This document shows positions 29,117 through 40,088 of a stretch of 64,000 nucleotides of DNA, piece by piece. The translations under genes were made by a program, and so were the position numbers. The stretch lies in the NCBI GenBank assembly GCA_028691975.1, contig JAQUYF010000004.1, forward strand, positions 53 to 64,052. The letters run 5' to 3'. How positions within the stretch are numbered: the first letter of the stretch is position 1; each line of letters opens with the position of its first letter. The notes under the pieces were generated by a model. That model saw only the letters and a program-made list of their open reading frames with translations, had not been told where the DNA came from and did not search any database. Source of the stretch: Bacteroidales bacterium. GTDB lineage: Bacteria > Bacteroidota > Bacteroidia > Bacteroidales > UBA932.

Positions 29117-30634
29117 ATGGGAAAGAAAGTATTATTAATGATTCTTGACGGTTGGGGAGAGGGTAAGCATGACAGATCCAACGCAATTTACACAACGGGG
29201 ACTCCTAATATCGATGCTCTTAGAGCAAAATATCCTTTTTCGCACCTTAAAGCATGTGGAGAAGATGTGGGTCTTCCTGCAGGTCAAATGGGCAATTCTG
29301 AAGTAGGACACCTAAATATAGGGGCAGGCAGAGTTGTGTATCAGGATCTTATGAAAATTAATGCAGCCTGTAAAGAGCATAAGCTGATGCAGAATGTGGA
29401 GATAAAGAAGGTGTATGAGTATGTTAAAAAGTCCGGAAAACAGCTTCATTTTCTTGGGTTATGTTCTCATGGCGGCGTACACAGTTCTCTTGATCATCTT
29501 TACGAATTTCTTAATGAGGCGAAGAATGCAGGCCTCGATAAGGTCTTTGTACACTGCTTTATGGATGGTAGAGATACTGACCCTAAGAGCGGAAAAGGAT
29601 TTGTTGCCGAGTTGGAAGATCAAATGAGACAAAGTACGGGCAAAGTGGCTACTGTGATAGGAAGATATTATTCAATGGACAGAGATAAGAGGTGGGATAG
29701 AATAAAGATTGGATATGATCTGCTTGTCAGTGGCACCGGAGCTAAATTTACCTCAGCAGTTGAGGGCATTCAAGCTTCTTATGATGACAATATTACGGAT
29801 GAGTTTATAAAGCCGATTTGCATCGTAGATGAGAAAGGAAAGCCTGTCACAACAATTCAGGAGGGGGATGCTGTTATTTTCTACAATTTTAGAAATGACC
29901 GTGCCCGTGAGATTACTGCCGTCTTGACACAGACTGATATGCCGGAAGCAGGAATGCATACAATTCCACTATACTATTGCTGTATTACACCGTATGACGA
30001 CAAGTTTACCGGATTGCATATTTTATTTGACAAAGAAAATGTACCTCAGACAATTGGAGAGGTTGTGGCCGCAGCCGGGAAGAAACAGCTCAGAATAGCT
30101 GAGACCGAAAAATATGCTCATGTTACATTTTTCTTTTCAGGAGGGAGAGAGGCAGAATTTGCCAATGAGGACAGGATTTTGATTCACTCTCCCAAAGTAG
30201 CTACTTATGACTTGCAGCCTGAAATGAGTGCTTTACAGGTAAAAGATGCTCTTATTGAAGACTTGAAGAGTGGAAAGCATGACATGATTATTTTGAATTT
30301 TGCCAATGGCGATATGGTGGGACACACAGGAGTATATGATGCTATCTGTAAAGCTGTCCGTACAATTGACAATTGTGTTGGAGAAGTTGTTCCGGTTGCA
30401 AGAGAAAACAAATATACAGTTCTCATAACAGCAGATCATGGTAATGCAGATCATGCTATAAATGAGGATGGTACACCAAATACTGCCCATTCGTTGAATG
30501 TGGTTCAATTTATCGTAGTGGATGATGATATTAAGACGGTTAAAGATGGTAAATTGGCAGATATAGCTCCAACAATGCTGAAACTTATGGGCATCCGACA
30601 ACCGGATCTTATGACAGGTAAACCATTAATATAA
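29117..30634 (+). CDS. gpmI: 2,3-bisphosphoglycerate-independent phosphoglycerate mutase
   Basis: N-terminal LMILDGWG, plus [12 protein letters not shown] and TADHGNAD metal-site motifs. Length is 505 aa. Confidence 0.96.
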   Translation: MGKKVLLMILDGWGEGKHDRSNAIYTTGTPNIDALRAKYPFSHLKACGEDVGLPAGQMGNSEVGHLNIGAGRVVYQDLMKINAACKEHKLMQNVEIKKVYEYVKKSGKQLHFLGLCSHGGVHSSLDHLYEFLNEAKNAGLDKVFVHCFMDGRDTDPKSGKGFVAELEDQMRQSTGKVATVIGRYYSMDRDKRWDRIKIGYDLLVSGTGAKFTSAVEGIQASYDDNITDEFIKPICIVDEKGKPVTTIQEGDAVIFYNFRNDRAREITAVLTQTDMPEAGMHTIPLYYCCITPYDDKFTGLHILFDKENVPQTIGEVVAAAGKKQLRIAETEKYAHVTFFFSGGREAEFANEDRILIHSPKVATYDLQPEMSALQVKDALIEDLKSGKHDMIILNFANGDMVGHTGVYDAICKAVRTIDNCVGEVVPVARENKYTVLITADHGNADHAINEDGTPNTAHSLNVVQFIVVDDDIKTVKDGKLADIAPTMLKLMGIRQPDLMTGKPLI

Positions 30635-30641
30635 CTGCCTA

Positions 30642-33600
30642 ATGTCTTTTGTTCACCTTCATGTTCACACTCAATACTCCATCTTGGATGGGGCTGCTGC
30701 TATCTCCAATCTTTTTGAGAAAGCTGTAGAGGATGGGCAGGCGGCTCTTGCTATTACCGATCACGGAAATATGTACGGGGTCAAGGAATTTCTGAAAGTT
30801 GCCGCGAAAGACAAAAATGCTAATGTCAAGCCTATTGTCGGTTGTGAGGTGTATGTAGCAAAAGAGGGCAGGAAGATCAAAAGAGGTAAGGAGGATCAGA
30901 GTTCCTACCACCTTATTTTGCTTGCTAAGAACCTGAAGGGTTATCATAACTTGATCAAGCTATGCTCGTATGCATACATTGAAGGATTTTATTATAAGCC
31001 GCGTATTGACAGAGAATTGCTTGAGAAATATCATGAGGATCTGATTTGCTCGTCAGCATGCCTGGCAGGAGAAGTTCCAAGGGATATTTTTGCAGGAAAT
31101 ATTGAACGGGCTGAGGAGACAATCCTTTGGTACAAGGAGTTGTTTGGAGATGATTATTACTTGGAGGTTCAGAGACATCATTCCGAGGTTCCCGGTGCAA
31201 GTCAGGAGGTTTATCAGCACCAACAGATAGTAAATGAGGTCATATTTGATCTTGCTTCCAAACACAATATCAAAGTAATTGCGACAAATGATGTCCATTT
31301 TGTAAATAAAGAAGATGGCCCTGCGCATGACAGGCTTATTTGTCTTACTACAAATGTTCCTTATTCAAGTCCGGATAGATTGAGATATACTCAGCAGGAG
31401 TATTTAAAGAGCCAGAATGAGATGGCTGCTCTGTTTTCCGACCATCCGGAGGTTATAACCAATACAATGGAGATAGCCGAGAAAGTTGAGAGATATGATA
31501 TAAATTCAAAGCCTATTTTACCGTATTTTCCTATTCCCCCTGAGTATGAAGATTCCGATGTGTACCTTAAGCATCTTTCAATGGAGGGAGCCCGCGAAAG
31601 GTACGGCGACACTATTCCTCAAAATATAATAGAGAGGCTTGATTATGAATTATCGGTAATTAAGAAAATGGGTTTTCCCGACTATTTCTTAATCGTTAAG
31701 GATTTCATAGAAGCAGTTCGAAAGAAAGGTGTGTCGGTAGGACCGGGACGTGGTTCTGCTGCCGGTTCGGTGGTTGCCTACTGTTTGAAAATCACCAATA
31801 TCGACCCAATAAAATACGATTTGCTGTTTGAGCGATTTCTCAATCCGGACAGGATCTCTATGCCTGATATTGATATTGATTTCGATGATGAGCATAGAAC
31901 TGATGCTTTTAAATATGTGGAAGAAAAGTATGGCAAGGACCATATTTCCCATGTGGTTACTTTTGGGACGATGGCGGCAAAAAGTGCGATTAAGGATGTC
32001 GCGAGAATAGAAGAGGTGCCACTTTCGGAGGCCAATAGATTTACCAAACTGATCCCGGACACATTTGATATTGAGGTTGACGATCCGGATAATAAGGGTA
32101 AAAAAATAAAGAAAACGGTAAATGCTTCCCTGAAGTTGTGTACGGAAAAGGTTCCTGAGTTTAAAGAGGCTTTGAGTATGGGCGATGATAAGATTAAGGA
32201 TACAATAAAATATGCCACTCAGCTTGAAGGAAGTATCAGACAGACCGGAATACACGCCTGTGCATTGATTATCGGCCGAGATGATCTGACCAACTTTATT
32301 CCTATTTCTACAGGGACGGACAAGGACACGGGAGAGACTGTATGGGTATCGCAATACGAAGGTTCTCATATTGAAGATGTCGGAATGTTGAAAATGGATT
32401 TCCTGGGATTGAGGACATTGTCCATAATAAAAGAGTGCCTGTCCATTATTAAGCAAAAAACCGGTACAGACCTTGATTTAGACCATATTCCATTAGACGA
32501 TCCTGCCACGTTTGATCTTTTTTGCCGTGGTGATACGATAGGAGTCTTTCAATTTGAGTCTGACGGTATGAAGAAGTGGCTCAGAGAATTGAGTCCCGGG
32601 CGTTTTGAGGATTTGATCGCCATGAATGCTCTGTACAGGCCGGGTCCGATGAATTATATTCCGGACTTTGTCAATCGTAAGCACGGTAAGCAGGAGATTA
32701 AGTATGATCTTCCGGAAATGGAGGAGTATCTTAAGGACACGTATGGAGTTACCGTCTATCAGGAACAGGTGATGCTTTTATCCCAGAAGATAGCCGGTTT
32801 TACCCCCGGAGAGGCCGACACTTTACGTAAGGCGATGGGCAAAAAGTTGAAAGACGTGATGGCGAAGCTCGAGACCAAATTTATAGATGGGGCTATTGCC
32901 AAAGGACATCCAAGAGAGAAGGTTGAGAAGATCTGGAACGATTGGCTTAGTTTTGCCGAGTATGCTTTCAACAAAGCACACGCTACGTGTTATGCATGGG
33001 TTGGTTATCAGACAGGTTACCTTAAGGCACACTATCCTTCAGAGTTTATTGCAGCCAACTTGAGTAAAAACTTGAACAATATGGACGAGATTACCAAGTT
33101 GATGGATGACTGTAAGAGAAAAAATATTAAAGTGTTGAGTCCAGATGTCAATGAAAGTATGGCCACGTTTTCGGTTAACAAAAAGGGGGACATCCGATTT
33201 GGTATGGCCGGAATCAAAGGGGTAGGAGCAGGTGCAATCAACAGTATTATAGAACAGAGAAACAGTGGTGGAGAGTTTAAAAACATATTTGATTTTATGG
33301 AGAGACTTCCATTGGGGACCGTCAATAGAAAAGTGCTGGAATGTCTGGTGTATTCAGGAGCATTTGACAGTTTTTCCGAACTTAAAAGGAGTCAGTATAT
33401 GCTTCCGACAGCCAAGGATACTCTTTTTTTGGACGATCTTCTTACTTATTCTTATAAGTTTCAAAATGATACGATGACAAGTTCGAATAACCTCTTTGGA
33501 GGTGCCGCCGAAATGAATATCGTAAGACCTGAAATACCCGCTCTTCAGGAGTATAATGAATTGGAAGAATTGAAGAACGAGAAGGCACTTGTAGGAATGT

Positions 33601-34268
33601 ACATAACTTCACACCCGTTAGATAGATTTCGGTTTGAAATGGACAATTTTACCACTACCAATTTAACGGATATTCAGCAGTTGGAGGATGATATCCTTAA
33701 AAATCGTTCTTTACAGAACAGAGAGTTTTATACTGCGGGAATTGTTACCAATATACAGCTGAGATACACTAAAAGTAATCAGCCATGGTGCACGTTTACA
33801 CTCGAAGACTTTACGGGGAATCATGATTTTAGACTTTTCTCAAAAGATTATGAAAAATATATAGGATATATTTCGGAACATACTCCATTGCTGATTAAAC
33901 TGTTTTCACAACCGAATCTATATAGCGATAAAACGGGAGACGGAGGCAGTGGCAGTCCTAAGTATTCGTTAAGAATTAGAAATATCATCTTACTTTCCAA
34001 CACAAAAGAGGAATTTATTAAAAGTGTATATATATCGATTCCCTTGTCTCGAATAACTCCTGATTTCAGAAAGCAACTGGTTGCCGGATTAAAGAAGTTT
34101 AAAGGTAAAACACATCTCTTTGTTATTGTTCATTTTGATAATGAAGGAAAAGATGATTCCGTAGAGTTTGTATCTTCGACTTTCCTTGTTGACCCCGGCT
34201 CGGGACTGTTTGGATGGTTTGAGAATCTCGGCGTTAATTACGGCTTCAGTAAGAAAATAGTGATGTAG
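30642..34268 (+). CDS. dnaE: DNA polymerase III subunit alpha
   Basis: PHP domain FVHLHVHTQYSILDG, polymerase core (PDIDIDF, GLLKMDFLGLR.L, YQEQVM) and OB fold. Length is 1208 aa. Confidence 0.97.
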   Translation: MSFVHLHVHTQYSILDGAAAISNLFEKAVEDGQAALAITDHGNMYGVKEFLKVAAKDKNANVKPIVGCEVYVAKEGRKIKRGKEDQSSYHLILLAKNLKGYHNLIKLCSYAYIEGFYYKPRIDRELLEKYHEDLICSSACLAGEVPRDIFAGNIERAEETILWYKELFGDDYYLEVQRHHSEVPGASQEVYQHQQIVNEVIFDLASKHNIKVIATNDVHFVNKEDGPAHDRLICLTTNVPYSSPDRLRYTQQEYLKSQNEMAALFSDHPEVITNTMEIAEKVERYDINSKPILPYFPIPPEYEDSDVYLKHLSMEGARERYGDTIPQNIIERLDYELSVIKKMGFPDYFLIVKDFIEAVRKKGVSVGPGRGSAAGSVVAYCLKITNIDPIKYDLLFERFLNPDRISMPDIDIDFDDEHRTDAFKYVEEKYGKDHISHVVTFGTMAAKSAIKDVARIEEVPLSEANRFTKLIPDTFDIEVDDPDNKGKKIKKTVNASLKLCTEKVPEFKEALSMGDDKIKDTIKYATQLEGSIRQTGIHACALIIGRDDLTNFIPISTGTDKDTGETVWVSQYEGSHIEDVGMLKMDFLGLRTLSIIKECLSIIKQKTGTDLDLDHIPLDDPATFDLFCRGDTIGVFQFESDGMKKWLRELSPGRFEDLIAMNALYRPGPMNYIPDFVNRKHGKQEIKYDLPEMEEYLKDTYGVTVYQEQVMLLSQKIAGFTPGEADTLRKAMGKKLKDVMAKLETKFIDGAIAKGHPREKVEKIWNDWLSFAEYAFNKAHATCYAWVGYQTGYLKAHYPSEFIAANLSKNLNNMDEITKLMDDCKRKNIKVLSPDVNESMATFSVNKKGDIRFGMAGIKGVGAGAINSIIEQRNSGGEFKNIFDFMERLPLGTVNRKVLECLVYSGAFDSFSELKRSQYMLPTAKDTLFLDDLLTYSYKFQNDTMTSSNNLFGGAAEMNIVRPEIPALQEYNELEELKNEKALVGMYITSHPLDRFRFEMDNFTTTNLTDIQQLEDDILKNRSLQNREFYTAGIVTNIQLRYTKSNQPWCTFTLEDFTGNHDFRLFSKDYEKYIGYISEHTPLLIKLFSQPNLYSDKTGDGGSGSPKYSLRIRNIILLSNTKEEFIKSVYISIPLSRITPDFRKQLVAGLKKFKGKTHLFVIVHFDNEGKDDSVEFVSSTFLVDPGSGLFGWFENLGVNYGFSKKIVM

Positions 34269-35784
34269 CTTGTTGGAGGATGTTGTCGACTATAGTTCGA
34301 TCCTGACTTAGACGCGGTACTTTGTTTTGTCCTCCTACCTTGCCGCGATGACTCATCCATTTATAAAATGTGCCTTCGGGGACGGGGGAGACAGTGAGAC
34401 GGTCCATTGTTAAAGTATGGGTTCTCTTGGCTTCATAGTCTGAATTGCAAGAGCAGATGGCGTTGTCCAGAGTGTCGGCAAAGGCATTAATATCTACCGG
34501 TTTTTTACTAAATTCAATAACCCATTGATGACTTCCTTTATGATTGTCAGACATAAAAATCGGGGCAACAGTGTAATCTGTCACTATTGCATGATGTTCA
34601 GCACAGGCTTTTGCAAGAGCTTCTTCTGCATTTCCAATCATCAGTTCCTCACCGAAGGCATTAATAAAGAGTTGTGTCCTGCCGGAAATGATGATTTTGT
34701 GTGGAAATGTTGAGGTAAACATGACAACATCTCCTATCGAATATCGCCATAATCCCGCTGAGGTAGAGATAATAACAGCATACGGCTCATATAGATTAAT
34801 ATCTCCGACAGTCAAAGCAGGGGTCGGTGTTTCAGACTGAAGCACATTATCGAGATCTTTGACAGGAACAAATTCAAAAAAGACACCGGTATCCAAAGTC
34901 AGCAACATTCCTGTGTCATCCTGTTCGTCTTGAAAAGCGAAATAACCTTCCGATGCATTGTAATTTTCAAAATATCTTACGGCTCCGAACGGAATAATTT
35001 CATCAAACTGCTTTATATACGGCTTAAAACTGATGCCTCCGTGCATAAAGAGCTCGACATTTGGCCAAACATCTGTAAGATACCGAGCATTGTTATATTC
35101 CAAAATGCGCTTCAACATTATAAGATTCCAGGATGGAACACCTGCAAAGTTGGTAACATTGGACTTGCTGCAAGAGAGACAGATTTGTTCTATTTTTTTA
35201 TTAAAATCAAAAAGCATTGCTGTTTCGCGCTTCGGTACTCTTAACAACTCAACAATCGATGGTGTGTTTTTTAGAAGAATAGCGGAGAGGTCTCCGGTAA
35301 AAATCTTGCCGGTTGCGTCAGTTTCTACGCTTCCGCCGAGCGTAAGAGATTTGCCCGTAAAAATCTTTGAATTTGGGAAAAGACTCACGTAATTGGCAAG
35401 CATTCTTTTCATTCCACCATAGTGGCAATTAGCTAAATTGGTTGGAGAGACGGGAATAAATTTACTTTTATCGGAGCTGGTCCCGGAACTCTTTGCAAAA
35501 TATTTTGTTTTTTCATGCCAAAGAATGTAATCCTCTCCATTTAAGAGTTTTTCGATATATGGATGGAAGTGATTATAATCTTTTATGGGAACTCTATGTT
35601 GGAAATCTTCTATGGTTTTAATTTCCGAAAATCGATAGTCGTGTCCAAACATTGTCTCTCTTCCTCCCGCAATTAATTGGCGAAAAGTCTCATATTGAAC
35701 AGCACTCGGATCATGGCGGGAGATGTCCAATTGTTTTAGCATACCTGAAGCGTAGCTTAAAAAGAGAGTATTAATGACATTCAT
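34246..35784 (-). CDS. GH3 (auxin-responsive promoter) family adenylate-forming enzyme homolog
   Basis: A 512-aa protein with the bacterial GH3-family pattern (FRQLI...FG..Y.F..I....F...VPI..Y, SSGTSSDKSKFIP, YSIGDVV). Confidence 0.8.
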   Translation of the reverse strand: MNVINTLFLSYASGMLKQLDISRHDPSAVQYETFRQLIAGGRETMFGHDYRFSEIKTIEDFQHRVPIKDYNHFHPYIEKLLNGEDYILWHEKTKYFAKSSGTSSDKSKFIPVSPTNLANCHYGGMKRMLANYVSLFPNSKIFTGKSLTLGGSVETDATGKIFTGDLSAILLKNTPSIVELLRVPKRETAMLFDFNKKIEQICLSCSKSNVTNFAGVPSWNLIMLKRILEYNNARYLTDVWPNVELFMHGGISFKPYIKQFDEIIPFGAVRYFENYNASEGYFAFQDEQDDTGMLLTLDTGVFFEFVPVKDLDNVLQSETPTPALTVGDINLYEPYAVIISTSAGLWRYSIGDVVMFTSTFPHKIIISGRTQLFINAFGEELMIGNAEEALAKACAEHHAIVTDYTVAPIFMSDNHKGSHQWVIEFSKKPVDINAFADTLDNAICSCNSDYEAKRTHTLTMDRLTVSPVPEGTFYKWMSHRGKVGGQNKVPRLSQDRTIVDNILQQATSLFSY

Positions 35785-35795
35785 AGAATGCGAAG

Positions 35796-36536
35796 TTATA
35801 TAAAAATTTCGTGTAATACCTTTAACGATTGTATTTTTAGATCAATGCCGAAATGATATGCGAGAAAATTGATCATCGACTGTGCAAAAGAAAGCCTTCG
35901 GGAGGATGATAATGGCAACAGTAAGGATTCTTCAAGGGATGTGGATAGTAATTTGTGCAACAGAAGAGAATCTTCAGCAGTGAAGAGGGACTGTTGAATG
36001 TTATGATATTTTCCCGAAGGAACGAATTGGGCGGAGACCATATCAAATAGTGGAGAATCCGGTGTATAGTTGTCATTTGGACGAAAGCCCATTTTGGAGC
36101 TGTAGTCTACAAGAAATCTCAGATGAAAGTTGGAAATTGAGCCAGTATAGTCATTCAAGAGGATAATAGTATCGGAAAGCCATACAAATAACGCCGAGTC
36201 TCCATCATCTACTTTTATGCTTCGATAGATAATCTCGCTAATGAATATGGCGATTGTGCGCTTGTACACATCAGAACGAATATCATTAAGATTATACAGT
36301 GGAGAATACTCCCTAAGATATAATAGAGAACTTTTCGGCGAAGATGCGGTCACCACATTCAATATGTTCAAATTGTGAAAATATGGTAAGACGGCATTGT
36401 TTTTGCTCTTCTTTATGCCACGCAAATAGAGACTTTGTCGCCCGGAGAGCGAATCTATAACGTGCACGATCGCTCCCGAATCTCCGTATTTTGTGAGATG
36501 GATAACGATTATTTGAGATTTTGTGACAAGTGGCAT
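35796..36536 (-). CDS. recO: DNA repair protein RecO
   Basis: N-terminal OB-fold pattern (IVIHLTKYGDSGAIVHVIDSLSGRQSL). Length of 246 aa fits. Its start overlaps the rdgB 3' end by 28 nt. Confidence 0.8.
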   Translation of the reverse strand: MPLVTKSQIIVIHLTKYGDSGAIVHVIDSLSGRQSLYLRGIKKSKNNAVLPYFHNLNILNVVTASSPKSSLLYLREYSPLYNLNDIRSDVYKRTIAIFISEIIYRSIKVDDGDSALFVWLSDTIILLNDYTGSISNFHLRFLVDYSSKMGFRPNDNYTPDSPLFDMVSAQFVPSGKYHNIQQSLFTAEDSLLLHKLLSTSLEESLLLPLSSSRRLSFAQSMINFLAYHFGIDLKIQSLKVLHEIFI

Positions 36537-37099
36537 AACAGTTTTTTCATAGCCTTACCTCTGTGGGAAATCTTATTTTTTTCATCAAGAGAGAGCTCTG
36601 CCATTGTTTTGGACATACCTGAGGGGACAAAGACAGGATCGTAGCCAAATCCTTCCACTCCTTTTTTATCCATGGTGATGTGTCCCTCACAAATACCCTC
36701 AAAAGTGTAAAGAGTGCCATTCTCTATAAGCGAGACAACGCATCTGAACCTTGCGGTACGCTGTGGTGCCGGTACATTTTGAAGTTCTTTGAGCAGTTTT
36801 GTGATATTGTTGGCCGGATTTTTCGGTTCTCCTGCGTAGCGTGCAGAAAGCACTCCCGGAGCACCATTCAAGGCATCTACCTCCAACCCTGTGTCATCAG
36901 CGAAGCATGTTTTATGAAATTTATTCCAAATGAAATTAACCTTTTCAAGGGAGTTTTCATCAAGCGTGTTATGAGTTTCGGGAATATCTTCATCATAGCC
37001 AAGGTCTGCAGGGATAAGAAGGTGAAATGTGCTACCCAAGATTTCCTGAGCCTCTGTCTGTTTATGGCGGTTGCCTGTGGCAAAAACAATGTCTTTCAT
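36509..37099 (-). CDS. rdgB: Non-canonical purine NTP pyrophosphatase (RdgB/HAM1)
   Basis: Motifs FATGNRHK, FADDTGLEVDALNGAPGV.SARYAG, GFGYDPVF and ISHRGKA. Confidence 0.93.
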   Translation of the reverse strand: MKDIVFATGNRHKQTEAQEILGSTFHLLIPADLGYDEDIPETHNTLDENSLEKVNFIWNKFHKTCFADDTGLEVDALNGAPGVLSARYAGEPKNPANNITKLLKELQNVPAPQRTARFRCVVSLIENGTLYTFEGICEGHITMDKKGVEGFGYDPVFVPSGMSKTMAELSLDEKNKISHRGKAMKKLLCHLSQNLK

Positions 37100-37116
37100 C
37101 TGTTAACAAATATGCT

Positions 37117-37124
37117 CAAAGGTA
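37117..37124 (-). promoter_or_regulatory. -7 promoter box TACCTTTG for rdgB-recO-GH3
   Basis: Perfect TAnnTTTG on the minus strand, 17 nt upstream of ATG 37099. Confidence 0.55.
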
Positions 37125-37145
37125 TAAACAAAAAGAGAAAAAGAG

Positions 37146-37153
37146 TATTTTTG
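37146..37153 (+). promoter_or_regulatory. -7 promoter box TATTTTTG for the S41 peptidase gene
   Basis: Perfect TAnnTTTG, 19 nt upstream of ATG 37173. Confidence 0.55.
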
Positions 37154-37172
37154 CACATTAAAAAGAAAAGAA

Positions 37173-38777
37173 ATGATAAAGAGAAGTTTTTTGGTGTTTT
37201 TGGCGATCCTGAGTACCCTTTCTATGATGGGTCAGTCTGAGTCTTTCAATTTGGGGAAGAATCTGGAGATCCAGAATGCAATTATAAAGGAGATAGGCAA
37301 GTCCTACGTGGATACAATAGAATATGACAAAGTTATCCCTGTCGGAATTCAGGCGATGCTTCAAAGCCTCGATCCCTATACAACCTATATTCCTGAAGAG
37401 GATGAAGAAAATTTGGAACTTTTGACAACGGGTATCTATGGCGGAGTCGGTTCGTTGATCAAAAAGCCTAAGATTTCCGATCCCGTCTTGATTGTTGAGC
37501 CGTATTCAGGTTCTCCCGCGACAAAGGCGGGACTTGTGCCGGGAGATCAAATTATTTCCATTGATGGAGAGAGTGTTTTCGGACTTACTTCTGAGCAAAG
37601 CTCTGCTAAAATGAAGGGCCGGCCGGGGACACAAGTCTCTTTTCAAGTGATAAAAGGTCGTACCGGTGATACGGTGGATGTTGTAGTTACGAGAGAGAGA
37701 ATTCATATTTCAGATATAGAGTATGCTGATATTATCAGGGATTCTGTTGGATATATTAAGCTGACGGGGTTTACGGACAAGATGAATGTAGAGCTTAAAC
37801 AAAAGGTTCTGGATTTGAAAAGTCGTGGGATCAAGAGGTTGGTAATCGATCTTCGAGGCAACGGGGGTGGCATTATGGACGAGGCTATCAGTATTGTCTC
37901 CCTTTTTGTTCCCAAAGGGACATTGGTCGTTTACTCTAAAGGTCGTGAAGAGCGCATGAATCAGCAGTACTTTACGACAGAGAACCCTATAGATACGCTT
38001 ATTCCGTTAATGGTAATGGTCAATAGCGGGAGTGCTTCTGCATCAGAGATTGTTGCCGGTTCTCTTCAAGATCTTGACAGAGCGGTCATAGCCGGTAAAC
38101 AAACATTTGGCAAGGGCTTAATTCAATCTATTAAACCCCTGCCTTACAATGGAAAAATAAAGGTTACGACAGGCAAGTATTATACTCCGAGCGGCCGATG
38201 TGTACAGGCAATTGATTACAGCCATAGAAATGAGGACGGAAGTGTAGGATATGTGCCTGATTCATTGAGAAGGGCATTCAAGACCAAAGGGGGACGTACT
38301 GTCTATGATGGGGGAGGTATTACCCCGGATATTGATGTTGCAGCAAAAATTTACAGTCGTACGGCAGTCTCTTTAGTGTACTCTGATATATTGGGAGATT
38401 ATGCCATTGAATATTTTAAAAAGCATGAGGCAGTCTCTTTGCCTGCAGAATTTCATGTAACTGATGCCGAATATGATGAGTTTGTCAAATATGCGGTTAC
38501 TCGCGATTTTGATGCTCGCAGTGGCGCGGAGACAGTATTGGATCAACTTATAAAAGCTGCCGTACAGGACAATCTGTATGACGAATACAAAGTTGAGATA
38601 GAGGCACTTGCAAGTAAAATAAAGATGGATAAAGAGACAATTCTTAAAGTGCTTCGTGAAGAGATCAAGCCATTGCTTGAAGAAGAAATAATGATTAAAT
38701 ACTACTTTTCGGGAGCTGAGACTGTCATATCTTTGAGAAGCGACAGTCAGCTGTTCGATTCTATGGACAAATGGTAA
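37173..38777 (+). CDS. S41 family C-terminal processing peptidase
   Basis: Signal peptide, PDZ segment (GSPATKAGLVPGDQIISIDG) and S41 motifs DLRGNGGG and NSGSASASEIVAG. Confidence 0.9.
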   Translation: MIKRSFLVFLAILSTLSMMGQSESFNLGKNLEIQNAIIKEIGKSYVDTIEYDKVIPVGIQAMLQSLDPYTTYIPEEDEENLELLTTGIYGGVGSLIKKPKISDPVLIVEPYSGSPATKAGLVPGDQIISIDGESVFGLTSEQSSAKMKGRPGTQVSFQVIKGRTGDTVDVVVTRERIHISDIEYADIIRDSVGYIKLTGFTDKMNVELKQKVLDLKSRGIKRLVIDLRGNGGGIMDEAISIVSLFVPKGTLVVYSKGREERMNQQYFTTENPIDTLIPLMVMVNSGSASASEIVAGSLQDLDRAVIAGKQTFGKGLIQSIKPLPYNGKIKVTTGKYYTPSGRCVQAIDYSHRNEDGSVGYVPDSLRRAFKTKGGRTVYDGGGITPDIDVAAKIYSRTAVSLVYSDILGDYAIEYFKKHEAVSLPAEFHVTDAEYDEFVKYAVTRDFDARSGAETVLDQLIKAAVQDNLYDEYKVEIEALASKIKMDKETILKVLREEIKPLLEEEIMIKYYFSGAETVISLRSDSQLFDSMDKW

Positions 38778-40088
38778 TCAGATCTTATTGAATATCACCT
38801 GTTTGGAAACTGCGGAAAGGTAAATGGTGCGGACCAGCAGGTGGACAAAATAAGCTGTGTACAGAGCCTGAATACCAAGAGTCTTTTCGAGAAGCAGGTA
38901 GCTTACAACAAATAGTGCAGCAGACCACAGCATACAGTTTCTAAGGGATTTGGCGGCTGTTGCACCTATGTAGATGCCATCCCAGGTAAAAGCAATGCAG
39001 CTGACCACGGGCATCAGCAGTAACCAGAACAAAAAAGGTCTCGAAGCCACAAGTACAGTCGTATCATCTGTCAGCAGACGAAACATTGGTTCACCGAGAA
39101 ATGCGTAGATAACAGTTGAGACGATACTTATTGCAAAGCACCACAAAAACAAGTTCTTGACCACTTTTACGAGTGATGGCTTGTCCTTTTCTCCGACATA
39201 TCGACCGGTAAGAGCCTCTCCTGCGTATGCAAAACCATCCACAAAATAAGAGTAGAGCAACAGCAGTTTCATCATCACGGAACTGACGGCCAACATAGTG
39301 TCTCCATATTTTGCAGCGATAGCAGTAAAGCCGATATAAATCACAAGCATACAGCAAGAGCGTATAAACAGATTACCGTTGATGGTAAAGAAGTGTTTCA
39401 GATATTTCCACTTGATACTTGCCCTGATGGATATCAGGTGTAGATATTTTTTGAAGTTAACAGTCATCAGGAGGATGGAGAGTATAAGCCCGGTATATTG
39501 AGCGACGACAGTCCCGACAGCAACTCCTCTTACACCCATCGGAGTGTAAACTGCGAATATATAACTTGCAACAATATTAACCACATTAACGCAAATATCG
39601 ACAGTCATTGGCAGGACAGTATTTTGCATGCCGATAAACCAGCCCTTGAAGACCATAAGAGACAGCGTTGCAGGTGCGGCCCATACTCTAATGAAAAAGT
39701 ATTGTCGCGCAAGATGTTCGACTGCCGGGGTACATTTTATTATAGAAAAAGCCACCTCGATGTACGCCCATTGTATTGCTAAAATAATAAGGGCAACACA
39801 CAGAGCTGTCGCAATTCCTTGAGAAAACGTGTTAAGTGCACTATTGAAATCCCGTCTTCCATACGCTTGGGCAGTTATTCCACCTGTCCCTACTCGTAAA
39901 AATCCCATGTTCCAGTAGAGAAGATCAAACAACATGGAACCGATGGCTATGCCACCGATGCTTGAAGCATCTCCAAGGTGTCCGGCAATAGCAAGATCTA
40001 CTATCCCGACAAGTGGAACAGTTATGTTTGCAAGAATGCTTGGCGCAGCAAGCTTAAGAATCTGTTTGTTGATTGAATGTGCTCCCAT
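38778..40088 (-). CDS. MATE family efflux transporter
   Basis: Twelve predicted TM segments. The N-terminal pattern ILKLAAPSILANITVPLVGIVDLAIAGHLG is typical of MATE/DinF. Confidence 0.88.
   Translation of the reverse strand: MGAHSINKQILKLAAPSILANITVPLVGIVDLAIAGHLGDASSIGGIAIGSMLFDLLYWNMGFLRVGTGGITAQAYGRRDFNSALNTFSQGIATALCVALIILAIQWAYIEVAFSIIKCTPAVEHLARQYFFIRVWAAPATLSLMVFKGWFIGMQNTVLPMTVDICVNVVNIVASYIFAVYTPMGVRGVAVGTVVAQYTGLILSILLMTVNFKKYLHLISIRASIKWKYLKHFFTINGNLFIRSCCMLVIYIGFTAIAAKYGDTMLAVSSVMMKLLLLYSYFVDGFAYAGEALTGRYVGEKDKPSLVKVVKNLFLWCFAISIVSTVIYAFLGEPMFRLLTDDTTVLVASRPFLFWLLLMPVVSCIAFTWDGIYIGATAAKSLRNCMLWSAALFVVSYLLLEKTLGIQALYTAYFVHLLVRTIYLSAVSKQVIFNKI

Noticed and set aside
31689-32456. 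255-aa ORF antisense to dnaE, unusually long for a roughly 40% GC genome
   Set aside because: It is codon-aligned with dnaE, so its openness only reflects the absence of TTA/CTA/TCA codons in that stretch. The translated sequence is low-quality (Cys/Arg/Phe-rich with no motifs), and there is no promoter box or independent support.
36680-37240. 186-aa ORF antisense to rdgB that runs into the S41 peptidase start
   Set aside because: It lies entirely within well-supported genes on the other strand and in the other frame, and it has no recognisable motifs. The same reasoning applies to the antisense ORFs at 47443..47922, 55603..56106, 24234..24737, 1648..2067 and 20005..20373.
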